In this document: positions 14,240-28,552 of the stretch, in pieces
Position numbering within the stretch: position 1 is the first letter of the stretch
Layout: the number at the start of each line of letters is the position of its first letter
Source of the DNA: Octopus sinensis
Lineage: Eukaryota
Assembly (NCBI RefSeq): GCF_006345805.1
Contig: NC_043012.1
Span: 44,950,001-45,014,000, forward strand
Length of the DNA: 64,000 nucleotides
Reading direction: 5' to 3'
Program-made: the position numbers and the translations under genes
Notes under the pieces: model-generated
The model's database searches: none
Told to the model about the DNA's origin: nothing
The model's input: the letters and a program-made list of their open reading frames with translations, nothing else

Positions 14240-14447
14240 GAAGCCTTGTGAGTGGATTTAGTAGACGGAAGCTGAACGAATCCGGTTATTTACAAATATG
14301 TGTGTGTGTGTGTGTGTGTATACACATATACTCTTTCAGTCTTTTAGTTGTTTCAGTCATTTGATTGCAGTTATGCTGGAGCACCGCCTTTCGTTGAAAA
14401 AAATCGACCCCAGGACTTATTCTTTGTAAGCCTGGTACTTATTCTGC
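14240..14447. mobile_element. Two SINE family A fragments in opposite orientation joined at a TG/TA array
   Basis: Plus-strand body at 14240-14320, then minus-strand tail at 14325-14447. Confidence 0.7.
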
Positions 14448-14585
14448 AGAGTCATTTCCGGCATTGGCGTGCCAAAACGAAGACGTTTGAAATATACCCC
14501 TAAATATAATTGACAGAACTATATACATGTTCTATCTCGTGTGGACGTCTCGTGTATTGTTCTGCAAATTATATTTGCTATGACG

Positions 14586-14675
14586 GTCACACTGATGAAT
14601 TGCGGTCATTTACGTTTGTAATGGTAACAATGGTAACAATGGTAACAATGGTAACAATGAAACCTGGTATGTGAC
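14586..14675 (+). ncRNA. Type I hammerhead ribozyme motif with intact canonical core
   Basis: Stem I GTCACA(14586-91)/TGTGAC(14670-75); core CTGATGA 14592-98; stem II ATTG/CAAT; GAA 14659-61; stem III ACC-T-GGT; GUA cleavage triplet with H17 at 14669. Confidence 0.75.
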
Positions 14676-15929
14676 TAATCATTATATTTTGTATCTTTTC
14701 ATTTGCCTTGCTCGCATACGTTCTGGCGTTTGCTGAATTTTTCTTGAGAACAATATTTTGTTAGTGGTCAGACCATATGGGGCCTACCTCTAGCATATTG
14801 GATGTCTACCTAGTGGCCGTTCCTCTTATATGCATGTAATATAATTTTTCTGAATATTCAGATCTTTTCAATATCTAGGCCACTGGTTTAAATTGATATT
14901 AATCAAATTAATATTCAATTTTTTTACCCTTATCATTTAAATTTATATATATATATGTATGTATGTATATATTTGTCGCGTAAACCTCTTCGTGTTTCTA
15001 TCTAGCTTAACGTCTTATGATTATAAGACAATTAAATAGATTCTAATTATTATTATCCTTCGGTCATCTAAAAAAGTATTAATTTGTTTTGATGGCTATA
15101 TTAAATCCCTAAAGAAACCTATAGCATCATCTAATCAGGCTTTCAGTCTTGGCAGCCGCATAATGTTATATGAATTGGTTTTGGCGTCTCTTGCTGCTTT
15201 TTACTTCAAAGTATATGATTTTACTTCTTTTATTAAACAAAAGATTTGCTAATATATTTTCGTTAAACTTTTCTGTTATTTACCGAGATTACAACGTAAG
15301 TAAGTACCAGCATGTTGATATCGATCATCAATAGACTTATTTAGTTATTGATCTGTGCTATTCAGACGCCTCTCTTGACGCTGTCGATTTATATTCCTCC
15401 TCGATTTATCTCGCTATTTTCCGCTCTAAAGTTGCTTTTGATTTCTTCAAACAGATTTTGGTTATAAAGAAGAGAAATGACCGTTTAACTTCCGGTTACT
15501 TGAATATCTCAGTCGTTGCCTTTCATTTCTATATTCTACTGATTATAGTCTTTTTTCAAGCAAGAGCTCAATTAAAACCTATAACGTGTAATATATGAAT
15601 TAATCTGCAATCATACCAAAAGAAACATATCTTTATATAAATGTAGAAAAACAGAGTAGTAAGGGTAGTTGTTGCTGATGATGTTTAGCCCTAGGTCAGT
15701 CCTAACCGAACTATACTCAAATCATTCTAGCCAACCTAACATTTCAGATTACTTTTTCAGTTTTTAACAGTTGTTAATCTGATTTGGGAGAGAGTACGCT
15801 GCTACATTTTAATAGTAAAAGAAGTCGTAGCAATAATAGCAGTGATAGTTTTGTTGCTGTTGTTGTCATTGGTGGTAGGGATAATAGTTGTAGTAGTGAC
15901 GTAGCTGTAAGAGTGGTATCAGTATGGGT

Positions 15930-16122
15930 ATCAAGTTTCGGCACAAAGCCAGCAATTTCGGGGGAAGGGGCTTTGTGAAAATGGTACTTATTTTATCGAC
16001 CCTGGAAAGCTGAAAGGCGAATTTTACCTTGATGGAATTTGAACAGAGAACGTAAACACGGACGAAGTGCGACTAAGTACTTTGTCCGGCATGCTAACGA
16101 TTCTGCCAACACCACCGCCTTA
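15930..16122 (-). mobile_element. SINE family B (tRNA-like head plus GCCTTTCATCCTTTCGGGGTCGATAAA central domain)
   Basis: Diverged reverse-complement match to the copies at 38888 and 50728. Confidence 0.8.
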
Positions 16123-16299
16123 AGGGTGGTATTAATATCAGATACGCTTTTAGCAATCGTAAGTGATACTCATAGTAAAAACAGAGGTGCAATGTTTAAA
16201 CAAGGTTAAGTAAGTTAGGTCATAAACGTCCATCGATGGATCTAATAAACCACACGATGGAATAGATATGCTAGTTTTTATGCAGAAAATGATGTGTTG

Positions 16300-16305
16300 T
16301 ATCTG

Positions 16306-16400
<95 letters not shown>

Positions 16401-16510
16401 GTATGTCTGTCAGTCTGTCTGTCAGTCTGTCTGTCTGTATGCCTGCCTGTCTGTCTGCCTGCTTGCCTCTCTACCTGTCTCTCTGTTTGTCTGTCTGTCT
16501 CTCTTTCTGT
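16300..16510. repeat. (TCTA)n grading into (TCTG)n
   Basis: Direct reading. Confidence 0.95.
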
Positions 16511-17828
16511 ATATGTAATGTGTCCTCTTGAAGCCCATCTACTTATTTTAGTATTCTAAAATTGTATGTAGATCTTATATTTGTCTGAGGTTGACATACG
16601 AATTGAAAAATACTGGAAAATATTTTTTCTGGTTTAATTACATATTAAAGCTGGAGACTGGAAAAAATTGGGGTATTATTCATTCACCATTACATATGTT
16701 TCATTTACTAATATGATGAATAAATAATCTAGTCATTTTATCCAATCAGCTTTGATACATACATGCATACATACATACATGATTACATGTAATTGCGGCA
16801 CGTGGATATGCAACACACTACCTTTGTACCAATCTTGAGAAATTAGGCTTCTCCAAACCAGAAAGGAGAGAGCTGATTCGAAGACTACAGGGCTAAGCCA
16901 TCACTGGAAGTGTAAACATTTTTTACAGGTTTATCATTCAAGTATATATGCGCATGTCTAGGCATGTAACTATAAGCGTGACAATACATACATAAAACGA
17001 AACATGCAAATCTGCATATGCACTGACTCCAAAAAATGCACATATACACGCATACACGCAAAAATGGTCTGAAGCTGTTGTTGAAATTCCAAATAAAACT
17101 GAAGGGCATACATACATACGTATATACATACATATATACTCACGTACATACATACATAAGTACATGCATACGTACATACAAACATACGTGCGCACATACA
17201 AACATACGTAATACATGCATACATATATGTGATATATATATAATATATATATGTGTGTGTGTATATATATATGCATATGTATCTATATATATTTATAAGT
17301 ATGTTTATATATGTATGTATGCATGCATGTGTGTGTATGTGTGTGTGTGTGTGGCAAAAGCCAATAAATATTTTATATTATAAACAGCCTTCAAATTTAC
17401 TTTGTCCCAGTAATTCAACAACAGAGCTTGCTACGGAATATATGTTTAGGTATATTTGGGGTACTTAAATGTACACATGACTTTGCTTCTACTTTTTCCG
17501 TGAGAATATGTAAGTGTTCCATTTATTCTAATCGCGCTTCTTACTAAAGAAGGAAGAATCCCCGTGGATTAATCCAGGAATCGGTCCGATTCAGGAATAA
17601 CGAATGTAAACAATTTCTGTTAGTTTGCTTTCTTCGTTTCAGCACGCTGTGTATTCATATTGAAAAATATTGTATATGGTTAGACGATCTAAGGTCTGTT
17701 TTTCAGCATATTGGCATAGAAATTTTTTTCTTTTGTCCTTATTTATAATTGTTTATAATTTTCACCTTAAAAGGTATTTTAATATACAGGCCACTGATAA
17801 TTTTTTAAAAACTTTTTATCCTTATATT

Positions 17829-17868
<40 letters not shown>

Positions 17869-18404
17869 ACAAGCATTTATCTAGATACATTTTTGTAAAA
17901 AAATGTGCGTAAAGATAGATAGATCGATATATAGGCAGACAGACAGACAAACAGACAGACAAACAGACAGATAGGTATGCAATTTGTTATCGAATTAGTG
18001 GGCCAAATATTGCCTTAAAGGTCTTGAAAATATTTATCGGCTTTTGCAAAGCTTATGCATATTAAATTGTGCGTTGAATTATTCACTATATAAAGAAAAT
18101 ACGATACATTTTATCAGTTCTGTGATAACCTCATATACATTAGTAAATCATGCAGATGGATTTGGAATATAATTCCTATTTCTTATATACTAATTTATAG
18201 GGGTTCGGACAGGGCGCATAATGGTTCGTATCGTAGTTGGCTATAAACTAACTTTGCTTAGTTTCAAATCAATTCTGTTGAAACAACTTTTTGCCTGTAG
18301 TCATTTCATGGTTTACATCTGACATATGCCATTTCTTTTTAAGATGGCATGGTGATGACAGGGTAACAAATGAGATTGCAACGTTTCTTATAAATGAGAC
18401 ATAA

Positions 18405-18612
<208 letters not shown>

Positions 18613-19235
18613 CATGTAAAATGTACATAATGGTTGGTACAGTTTAGAGTAGTAAGCAAGAGTACGAGATTGTTGCTTGTAGTACTAAGTTAAGCTTTCG
18701 GTAGATGTAACCTATTATAAAATGATGCCTTATGTTCTGAGAGAAGAAAAATATTCTTTTTCAATGCTGAATAACCGCAACGACCGACTTCTATTAATGG
18801 CAGTGGAGAAACTGAAAGACAAGAAAATCTCCAAAATCGAAACAAAAAACCAAAAATATTAGATTGAAAGAGAATTTATTGAATCTAGTAATTTGTGAGC
18901 AATCGAATGTAATGCAGAAATACATTCAACTGAGCAATATTAAGATCTGTAGGCCAGTGATTGCAGGTAATGTATTCGAACACACGCACACACACTCACA
19001 CACACGCAACCTCACCGCAGTTGTATTTTAACAGTAATTTGATAGATCTACCTGATTTAGCTTTTGCTTGAAATATGAGAGTTTTGTGAATTAAGATATG
19101 AATACTTAACGTATTTTTTTTATTACCTTAAGTAGAAACAAACATGAACAATCGCTGTATTTACGTGCTTCACACAACAATTTTCATTTCTTAATTTTCA
19201 ATTACTTTAACCTCAGAAAAGTGGTTTAAAATTAA

Positions 19236-22055
19236 TTGTACATCCGCGAGGACCTCACACCCCAGGTCCTTTTGTCATACTCAAATTCGGTGTGTGACAC
19301 ACTAATTGTACATATAATTCAACTTGGTGTAGTTAAATGTGCTACATATCGCCCTCCAGATGCCCCAAGCCATGTAGGCAAGTTTGAAGACTGCCTTATA
19401 AAAATAGAAGTTCTAGTCACATTAGAACAACACATAAGTGTACTTCTTATGGGAGACTTCAATCTACCCAATGTCAGATGGCCCGAGGGCCTTTCTCTCC
19501 CAGGAATGACACGATGTGAACGAGGACAGGCGAGGTCCCTCCTGAACCTCATCAACACTCTGTACATGGAGCAAGTAATACTCCAACCAACCAGGGCAGG
19601 TAACACACTGGATCTCTGCTTCACAAATAATATGAATCTCATCCATGTGAAAGTGACACCGATGCTACTCTCGGATCACAACATGGTAGAGCTGACCATG
19701 TACGGGCCAAAGGAAAGCATGGACATGCAGCCTACAAGAAACTCTCAGAATCTTTCCAGCATGAACTTCCATAAGGCAAACTGGAAACAAATTGAGAAAA
19801 AGATCATTAAACAAAACTGGCCTGAATGTCTCTCCTCGCCAGACATCGACATGAAACTTCAACAATTCATGTCTGTAACGCAAGCCATATGCTACAAATG
19901 TGTCCCAGAGAGAAAGGCCACTGTACACAAAAACAAAATCCCCAGAGGGAGGAAAATTCTAATGAGACGGCGTACAAAGGTTTCAAATCGCCTAAACAAA
20001 CAAATTGAAAGCAGTGAAAAGTCCCGCCTGAAAATAAAACTGTTGGAAATTGAAAAATGTTTGCAACTCTCCCATGAAAAAGAAAGAGCAGACAAAGAAG
20101 CCTGGCCTATAGACAACATAAAATCTAACCCCAGAGCTTTCTACAGGTATGCCAAAGAAACAGCTACGGTGCACTGTAGGATAGGGCCACTCCTTGAAAA
20201 GGATGGCACACTCACAGGAAATCCAATGAGGATAAGTGAAATACTAAATGAGCAATTCAAGAGTATTTTCACTCCACCCCCTAGGGCATTTTCAAGTCAG
20301 CAATCCAACTGATTTCTTTACCACTGCAGATACAAAATCAGAGGCAGCGATGATTGATTACATCAATATTAAGGAAGACGATGTAATAGAGGCTATAGAT
20401 GAAATGAAAACAAACTCAGCTACTGGCCCTGATGGATTCCCAGCAATCCTTCTAAAAGTATGTAAGCGAGTCCTAGCAAGACCACTGCAGTTCCTCTTTC
20501 AGAGCTTCCTTGCATCTGGCAAACTTCCAAGAAAACTGAACGAAGGTAAAATATGCCCTATTCATAAAGGAGGTAGCAGAGCAGAGGCTAAGAACTACAG
20601 ACCTATCTCTCAGACCTCACACATCAGCAAGGTCATGGAACGAATAGTCAGAAGGAAACTAATCACCTTCCTTAAATGATTTGCTGCCTGACACCCAACA
20701 CGGTTTCCGACCAGGAAGAAGCTGCTTAACTCAGCTCCTACAACACTATGACTGGGTGCTGAAACGACTGCTCAACCACTCAAATGTGGAAGTGATATAT
20801 CTCGACTTTGCAAAGGCTTTTGATAAAGTCGATCATGAGAATGATATGTCACAAACTGCGTGATCTTGGCATAGTTGGAAAATTGGGAGAATGGCTTCAG
20901 GACTTTCTGAAGGATAGAAGTCAGGTGGTAGTAGCCAATGGGGCCACTTACATTAACACGCAAATAGTGAGCGGTGTTCCACAGGGCACTGTTTTAGGAC
21001 CACTACTGTTCATAATAGCCCTCTCAGACATGCCCTCAGCCACACAGAGAGCCACGATCACAAGTTATGCAGATGATACAAAAGTTTCACAGGCAATACA
21101 GAACCCTGAAGACACTAAGCACCTGCAATGTAAGCTGGACAAAATATACAAATGGGCTGAAAAGAATAGCATGCAGTTCAATGCTGAAAAGTTTCAAGCT
21201 TTATGCTATCAGCATGCAAAACTAAATGCAATACCCAATGAATACACTGGACTTGGAGGGATTGCAATCCCAGAGGCACAATCAGTGCGAGACCTGGGTA
21301 TTTACATGAGTGATAATGCAACCTTTCATGTACATGTTGCTAAATTGGCAATGAAATGTAGGCGGCTGACCGGATGGATTCTTAGAACATTTAGAACAAT
21401 AGACCAGGAAACCATGATGGTCCTCTGGAGGACACTTGTCCTAAGCCACTTTGACTATTGCTCTCAGCTACGGTCACCATCCAGTGTCAAGTTAATCACA
21501 GAACTTGAGGCGATCCAACGAAGCTACACAAAGAAGATAGCCTCTGTGCAGCATATAAGCTACTGGGAAAGACTCAAGAGATTAAGACTTTATTCCTTAG
21601 AGCGTAGGTGAGAAAGATATGCCATAATATACATCTGGAAGATCCTAGAAGGACTTGTCCCAAACTTTGGCATCGAGAGTTACACAAATGCCAGAACTGG
21701 GCGCCACTGCATAGTGCCAAGGACTCCAAATTTGCCATCAAGATGTAGGACGAGATACTGTGATAGCCTGATCTTCCGAGGCCCATAGCTCTTCAATATC
21801 CTCCCTAATAACATAAGAGACCTGCATGGGGTGGATGCAGATGTCTTTAAAGTAAAACTGGATCTCTTTTTGTCAGGTGTCCCAGATGAACCAACTTCAC
21901 GACAGGAGGTGCAGATGAGGGCAGCTGCATCGAACTCTCTCATGCACCAAATGGCAGTTGCTAAAAAGCATTCGTGAAGTAAAATCATGTAGCAACACCA
22001 AATGGCGGTGCCCCAGCATGGCCGCAGCTTGTGAGCTGAAACTAGATAAAAATAG
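19236..22055 (+). mobile_element. 5'-truncated CR1/L2-group LINE with pseudogenised ORF2 (APE endonuclease plus reverse transcriptase) and 3' UTR
   Basis: APE motifs YRPP, GDFNLP, RAGNTLDLCFT, SDHNMV. RT motifs GPDGFP, YRPISQTSH, QHGFRPGRSC, YLDFAKAFDKVDH, SGVPQGTVLGPLLF, YADDTK. C-terminus VPDEP..RAAASNSL ends near 21977. Frameshifts near 20300, 20680 and 20830; stops at 21609 and about 21787. Confidence 0.95.
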
Positions 22056-22900
22056 AAAAAATGTATTTGGACGGAATGTAAGTTATACGAAACCAATGGC
22101 TGAAGTAAAATAGCTCACAATGCGTTCTACATATTAAAAAAAAGAGTTAACGTATTTGTTATAATGAGATGAAAAACAAACAATCGAGCGTGCATTTGCA
22201 GTTAGTATACAAAACGCTCTGTTGTGGGGTAAAAAAAAACTGGAAAAAGAAAAGAAAATATTAAAAAAAGCATTAAAAATATAATTCAGTTGGGTAAGAT
22301 GTATGGAATTTTTGGACAGTTATTGGTAGACTGGATCTCGTACTTCACCCGGTCAAATGAACGGATATATTTCGGTTTTGTAAGACCTTACTCAGAGAAG
22401 CATATTGTACATGATTGGCAACATTAACTGATCAGTACATTTAGAAATATAAGGAATATAGTGACACCCATTATACGTTATGAATAAAGATTAAGAGAAA
22501 AGTATCCAAGGGAGAAACCTGCATACTAAATTCAGATGCAGTAAGATCTCTCGTACTAAGATGAGAAAAGACGAACGGTTGCAATTATCTAATCAATTAG
22601 TTGACAACGCTCTCTCTAACGATGCTGAAAATCTAAAACCAACAAGCAAGCTTTTACTGTCAAAAATGTCGATATCTCCTTGCATTGATCTTATTTTTAT
22701 TTTTATTTTATTTTAAACACACCTACAAGGGATTTGTCTCCTAATTGTTCGGGTAATATTAATTGATGGATTTTGTTTTCAAGTTACTATTTTGAATATA
22801 CAAAATTCTTAATTATTCATGTAGGTAAGTTAATGTACGCCCATCCTTAAATGTTAAATTCCATTTAGTTTTTTTTCTACCTCAGTATTCATATTTCATC

Positions 22901-23173
22901 AGAGGTGCAGGCGTGGCTGTTGCGGTATGAAGTTTACTTCCACTGCATAGCATCTTGAACAAGTGTCTTCTACCATAGCAACGGGCCGACCAAAGTCATG
23001 TGAGCAGATTTGGTAAAAACCAAACAAAATCTCGTCATACATATGTATATAAAATAAGTACCAGGTTGAAAGATTACTGGGCTTATTTGTTCGACAATGC
23101 ATTCTTCAAGGTGATGGCCCAGCATGGACACAGTTATTAAACTGGGACAAGTAAAGGATAAAAATATAAAAGA
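22901..23173 (+). mobile_element. SINE family A, internally deleted copy
   Basis: Head GGTGCAGGCGTGGCTG, body and CCCAGCATGG tail are recognisable. Confidence 0.75.
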
Positions 23174-23700
23174 TACCAACTCCGTTATATGTCTTTCATA
23201 TATTTTCGTTTTTACTTTAACTACCCAACTCTTCAGAGCATATAAACTCCTCTATCGATGATCTCCTCCTTCCCTGTGCAGGAGTTAGCCACACGCAAAT
23301 TAAATACTTCTTGACAGGTGTTGAATTGCTTTCCAGAAGAATTACCTTGAAAATGTCCGAGGTTTGGGAAATTACAATTTTTTCTCCTTTAGCAGCATTT
23401 ACAAATCAAGGTGTTTTGTTCGGTACTAGAAAATTGCACGACCTGATCAGCAGCCGATTGTCTTAAACATATTTAATTCATTGCCATCGTCCCTTCTCAT
23501 CATTCATGCAGTGTCTCACCTCCCAAATGCTTTGTGGTGGTACCCTGTTATATCCTCTCTTCTAAACGCATATCTCGGTCGTATCAACATAAAGAAAGTT
23601 CAGACTAATATTCACGAGCATTGGAAAGCACGATAGAAGATAGCCTAGAAATAATATCGACACATCCTCTCTGCTTTAGACGAAACAAAACTTTTCATAC

Positions 23701-23864
23701 AGGCGCAGGCGTTGCTGCGTAGTAAGAATATTGCTTCCCAACCACATGGCTCTGGGTTCAGTCCTACTGCGTGGTACCTTGGGCTAGTGACTACTACTAT
23801 AGCCTTGGGCCGGCCTAAGCCGAGTGAGTGAATTTGGTAGATGGAAACTGAAAGAAGCACGTTG

Positions 23865-23895
<31 letters not shown>

Positions 23896-24340
23896 CGAGG
23901 GGTGCTGAAAAGTTCCTGTCTTTGATGGTATTGCAAAAGGCCTAGTTGGAGGCTCAACCTTCTGAGTTCTTTTATAGAGGTTAGAAAAACTGAAAGGCCG
24001 CTGTAATAATTGTGTGATTCTGAGAGGGGGAATACGTTGAATAAAACATCACTAAGTAATCCTCCTGTATTTTCTTTTGCCAAAGGCCAGACAATTTTCA
24101 GCACCCCGTGTGTGTGTTTGTGTGAGCGTACGCGTGTGTGTTCTTCCCTACCACCCTTGACAAGTAGTGTCAGTGTGCTTATGTCCCCGTAACATTAGCG
24201 GTTCGACAAAAGAGATCTCTAGAATAAGAATCAGGCTTAAAAACATTACTGAGGTATATTCAGTCAACTAAAATATTTTCAAGGCGATGCCCCAGCATGG
24301 TCACTGTTTAGTGACTGAAACTAGTCAAAGATAAAAGATA
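23701..24340 (+). mobile_element. SINE family A with a mariner-type MITE nested in its central (TA)n
   Basis: Head at 23701-23865; tail half at 24110-24340. Confidence 0.85.
23896..24108. mobile_element. Mariner-like MITE (about 213 bp)
   Basis: Inverted termini share GGGGTGCTGAAAA (13 bp identical); inserted in a TA array. Confidence 0.75.
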
Positions 24341-27300
24341 GAACATTAAACATACTCGAAACCTCACTTTCCTATAATATGAGGAACATAGCCTTGATAT
24401 CGCTACTATTTTCATCTATAGGTCCTCTTGTTAAGCAGGTGTTAATAATGAAATCAGTATAAACAAAATTGTTGGTAAAACAGTATCCTCATTGATAGCG
24501 GAAGCTTAAGTCAATGGTATTAATACTGATATTGTTTCCATTTATAATATATAAATATTATATATTCTGTCAATGTTCAATAACGCGTACATGTGATACT
24601 ATTAACATATATATCTTTTGAAGAATTCACTTTTCAATCTCATTGAAAAATTCAAAAGTTTTGTGAATAGAGATTCGTTTTAGTATTTCTAGTATTATCT
24701 GGCGTATACAACACAATTTCTCTAACATTTGGTTTGGTACATTTTATTGTATATTTATTTTATATAGTTGTTAGGGAAATATTATTCACCGGATTGATAA
24801 AATTTGCAGAACGGCGGATAAAACGTCTGGCAGTATTGAGTTATCTGCCTTTACTTTCTGTGTTCAAAAGTCTGAAGAGAATTTGCCTTTTTCCTTTCCG
24901 GTGTTGATACATATACGAGTCAAGTATTGTAGGTTTTATCATATTTGAAGCATTGTACCGGCATTAGAGATTAATATTATTTCCTGTTCAGAAAGTGTGA
25001 AAGAAGGCGCTCAGCATACTTTACCGTGAGCGTAAATTTATTTGTTCAATTCTTGGTAACAGGATGGTCGTATAGCACTTGCCCATTTCTTCACATCGTC
25101 CTTTGCATTTTTCATTGAACTCTGGAACGTCTTTTGAGCTGTAGCCTAGTTAGATAACAGAGGGCAGATAAGGCAGAGCTCATAGTATGGTCTACTTCTC
25201 CACATTCACAGGTTGTTGGCTTGGTCTTGGTGTCTCGTATCACCGAAGCAACATTTGATCGTCCCGTTCTCGTTGTTAAGCGATTATCTTCCGCTGAATT
25301 CTTTATAAAAGCGTTCACGTCGCATTCTCTCTGTCAAGTAATACATGGTTTTACCTGCGAATTCTTCTAAACACTTGGAAGCCGATTTGGAAAAGAAATG
25401 TAGGGAGTCTACAATATTGAATTTGCACCTGTAACCCTGAATTCATATGTTCTCAAGTCGGACTTCGCTTTTACAAACGAGGGAGACATTACGTGATTGC
25501 TCATCCTGCAGAAAATAGCCAGCGAGATCTCATTGAAATTACGTTCTGCTGTCTTAAAAAGAAAGGATATATAGGAGTCAGGAGTACACTGCACTGTAGA
25601 AAATACGAGAAAGTCACAGAAAGATTTTAATCAAAGGTTTGCTCGACCTGGAACAATCACAATGAACAGGAGTTAAAACCTTTAAATTTCAGTAAATCCT
25701 TGGTTTCTTTTATTCTTATATTTTTTATTCATCTCTAAAATGCAACTCGCAGGCGATATATTGACCATTTGCATCAGTCAATAGAATGAAGCGTTCCGGC
25801 GCAGCATAAAGACATTTCCTTCACTAGATTTGATGTGACAATACCTTACTCACTCGGCAATTACTATTGTATACTACATTTTATTCCACAAATGTTTTAT
25901 GGCTAACTAAAATAACTATCATATTAGTCAGCGTTATTTAGTAATCTATCGGCGATCCGAGTTCACAACTTGATTTCTATTCTCAGGAGTGGCCATTTCA
26001 CTTTATTTACAATGTAAATATCTGTGAGAAATGTATGACGCTCTTAACATCTCGTTTCTTCTACTCCGTAGATCTGAAACGTTGACAAAGCAATCAATAA
26101 TGCTATATACCTCTCACTGTTCTCCTCCCTACCACACAGACATGAAGAAAAAGACGTAACAGCGTCACCACAGTTGGTTGTTTGATTGATCGATGCTGGA
26201 AGTGGACAACTAGCTTGTTAATTAAACATCAGCGAGGTGCAATGATGCAGCAACAATAAACAGCAGTTTCTTTTCTTTCTTTTCTACTTATTTTATTGTA
26301 TTTTTTCATCGCCATGGGCTTTGAAGAGATACAGCGTGCAAATTGAGAACTATCAGGTTATTAGGTCAACTATTTTAAAACAATTGATGGCTGCTCAGTC
26401 ATCCAATGGAACAGAATAAAACTAGAGAACAGACAGATAAAACGAAACTCATTCTACATTAACACACGAGCTGAATTAAAATTTGTGTAGTAAAACTTTG
26501 CAGCGAATACTCTCCCTTAAGAATGTAAATGTACGAGAGAAAATGAGAAACAGTGATAAGTAATCTTTAAGTTAAACTATACTCATAATCACATGAGGAA
26601 TAACTTTGAAACAAAAGAATGAGATTTATTTCTCACAAGAAAGTTAAGTGTTTAAGGAAGTGAGAACAGGAACTATTACAAAATGTAAAATTATCTAAAA
26701 ATGTTGGAAAATGTAAAGGTGTGTTGTTTATTTCTTGTGCTTAACATTAAGTCAACTTCCTGTCAATATGATAAAATAAAGTGACAGTTTGCCACTTCTC
26801 GTATATCGGAGATTTTCTGAGATGAATGTTTCGACCGGGTTTGAATAATGCAACTCGCCAATTATATTCACAATTACTTTATATAAACAACACTACCACT
26901 GATATCACGTGGCAAATTATTGGCGGTTGGTACACATCAAAGGCATTTTGCTGTCAATGCTACAACAAGTGAGGACATTGTATAATTGTGCAATGTTTTA
27001 TTTTGTTGTGATGTTAAGCAAAATCTAGACAAAAGCTGTGCTAGATTTTCTATTTCATAAAATAATGTATTTCAGGGGATAATGTAGAGATCTTCTTTAT
27101 ATAATAACATGCAATGCAAACTGATAAATTATGATATTCCTCCTCTTTGCAGAATAAATTAGGCCTAGAACATTGGCTTCAATGCCTACAATCTTTTAGT
27201 TTAAGAAATAACAGATTGTTTTTCTTTGCTTGTTACAAGCCTTTAAACTCGAGAGGACGCTTTAATAGTCACGATTTCGTTTGATTATACCCATGGAAGA

Positions 27301-27904
27301 CGCAAAAGCGTGTGGTTACATAGTTTTGTGTTTACAGCAATAATTAACGATATTCCTGCGAAATTAATGATGTTTCTGCCAATTAGTGAGCGGCTGACTC
27401 AAAACCATATGATGTCCCGCTTTTGTGACTTACAGGAGTATTGTCAAACGAAATCTCGTTCAATTAAGTGTACTCGCAAGTTCAACGGGTTAAAAAAAGG
27501 CTTTAGTGAAACCTAGTCTCTCATTGACATTTTTGCAATCCTTAATGGCCTACATATCTCACAGCAGTTGAAATAGCCTGCAGTTGGTACTTTCGAAGAT
27601 GTTTTTCGATGAAATTCGTACGGATTTGGATATGATTTAAAAATAGGGATGTTAATTTTTCTTTCTAGCCTTTTATAATAACGTGTAATGAGTAGTTCAT
27701 TCTTCAAATTTATGTAAGCACAGCAAAAGTTAAAAATGGGACACACCCCACTAACAAATACTTGAGAATTATCGACTGACAAGATTTAATGATTTTATCC
27801 GTAGCAACACCCAATGAGAAACTCAACGAAACCCGAACACATGCGGTACAAAGAAGTAAAAGACAGAAACGTCAATGGAAAACACAACAACCATTGTTAA
27901 CTGT

Positions 27905-28118
27905 TAGTTTCAAATATTTGTACCAGGCCAGCAATTTCGGGGGAGAGGGAAAGTTGATTACATTGACCCTAGTATTCAACTGGTACTTATTTGATCAACT
28001 CCGAAAGAATGAAAGGTAAACTCAACCCCGGAGGATTTGAACTCAGAACGTAAAGATGAATGAAATGCAGCTAAGCATTTTGCCCGCGTTCTAACGATTC
28101 TGTCAGCTCGCCATCTTA
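27905..28118 (-). mobile_element. SINE family B
   Basis: Reverse-complement match to the 38888 and 50728 units. Confidence 0.8.
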
Positions 28119-28442
28119 ATTTTGTTAACTATTGGAAATAGAACTACAACTCAGGGAATTACCAATGCAAACAAATAGTAAAAAGACAAAAAATATAAAT
28201 TTTACTGCGTATCTCAGTCTGGCAACAGGGGAATCAGTCTAATATAGAAATCAATTTTGTTTTTTAAAAGGCCATATCATATTTTGTTTAAACTTTTAAA
28301 TTTTAAATGAAATATTATAACAATATATAACAAAATCAATAACAACTAAAATCACTATATCTTCTTTGTTGGTGTGTTTACTCACCAGTTACTTAGCGGT
28401 TCGGCAAAACAGACTGATAGAATAAATACTGGGCTTCAACCC

Positions 28443-28491
<49 letters not shown>

Positions 28492-28511
28492 ATTATATAT
28501 ATATATATATA

Positions 28512-28552
<41 letters not shown>

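Noticed and set aside
22420-22640. Possible RLE-element coding fragment
   Set aside because: No diagnostic motif could be identified.
23195-23240. Minus-strand CTGAAGA-GTT..AAC-GAAAATAT
   Set aside because: Only a 3-bp stem II and no stem I; compatible with chance.
26064-26086. CCGTAGATCTGAA resembling miR-100/miR-10
   Set aside because: The seed is mismatched and there is no hairpin.
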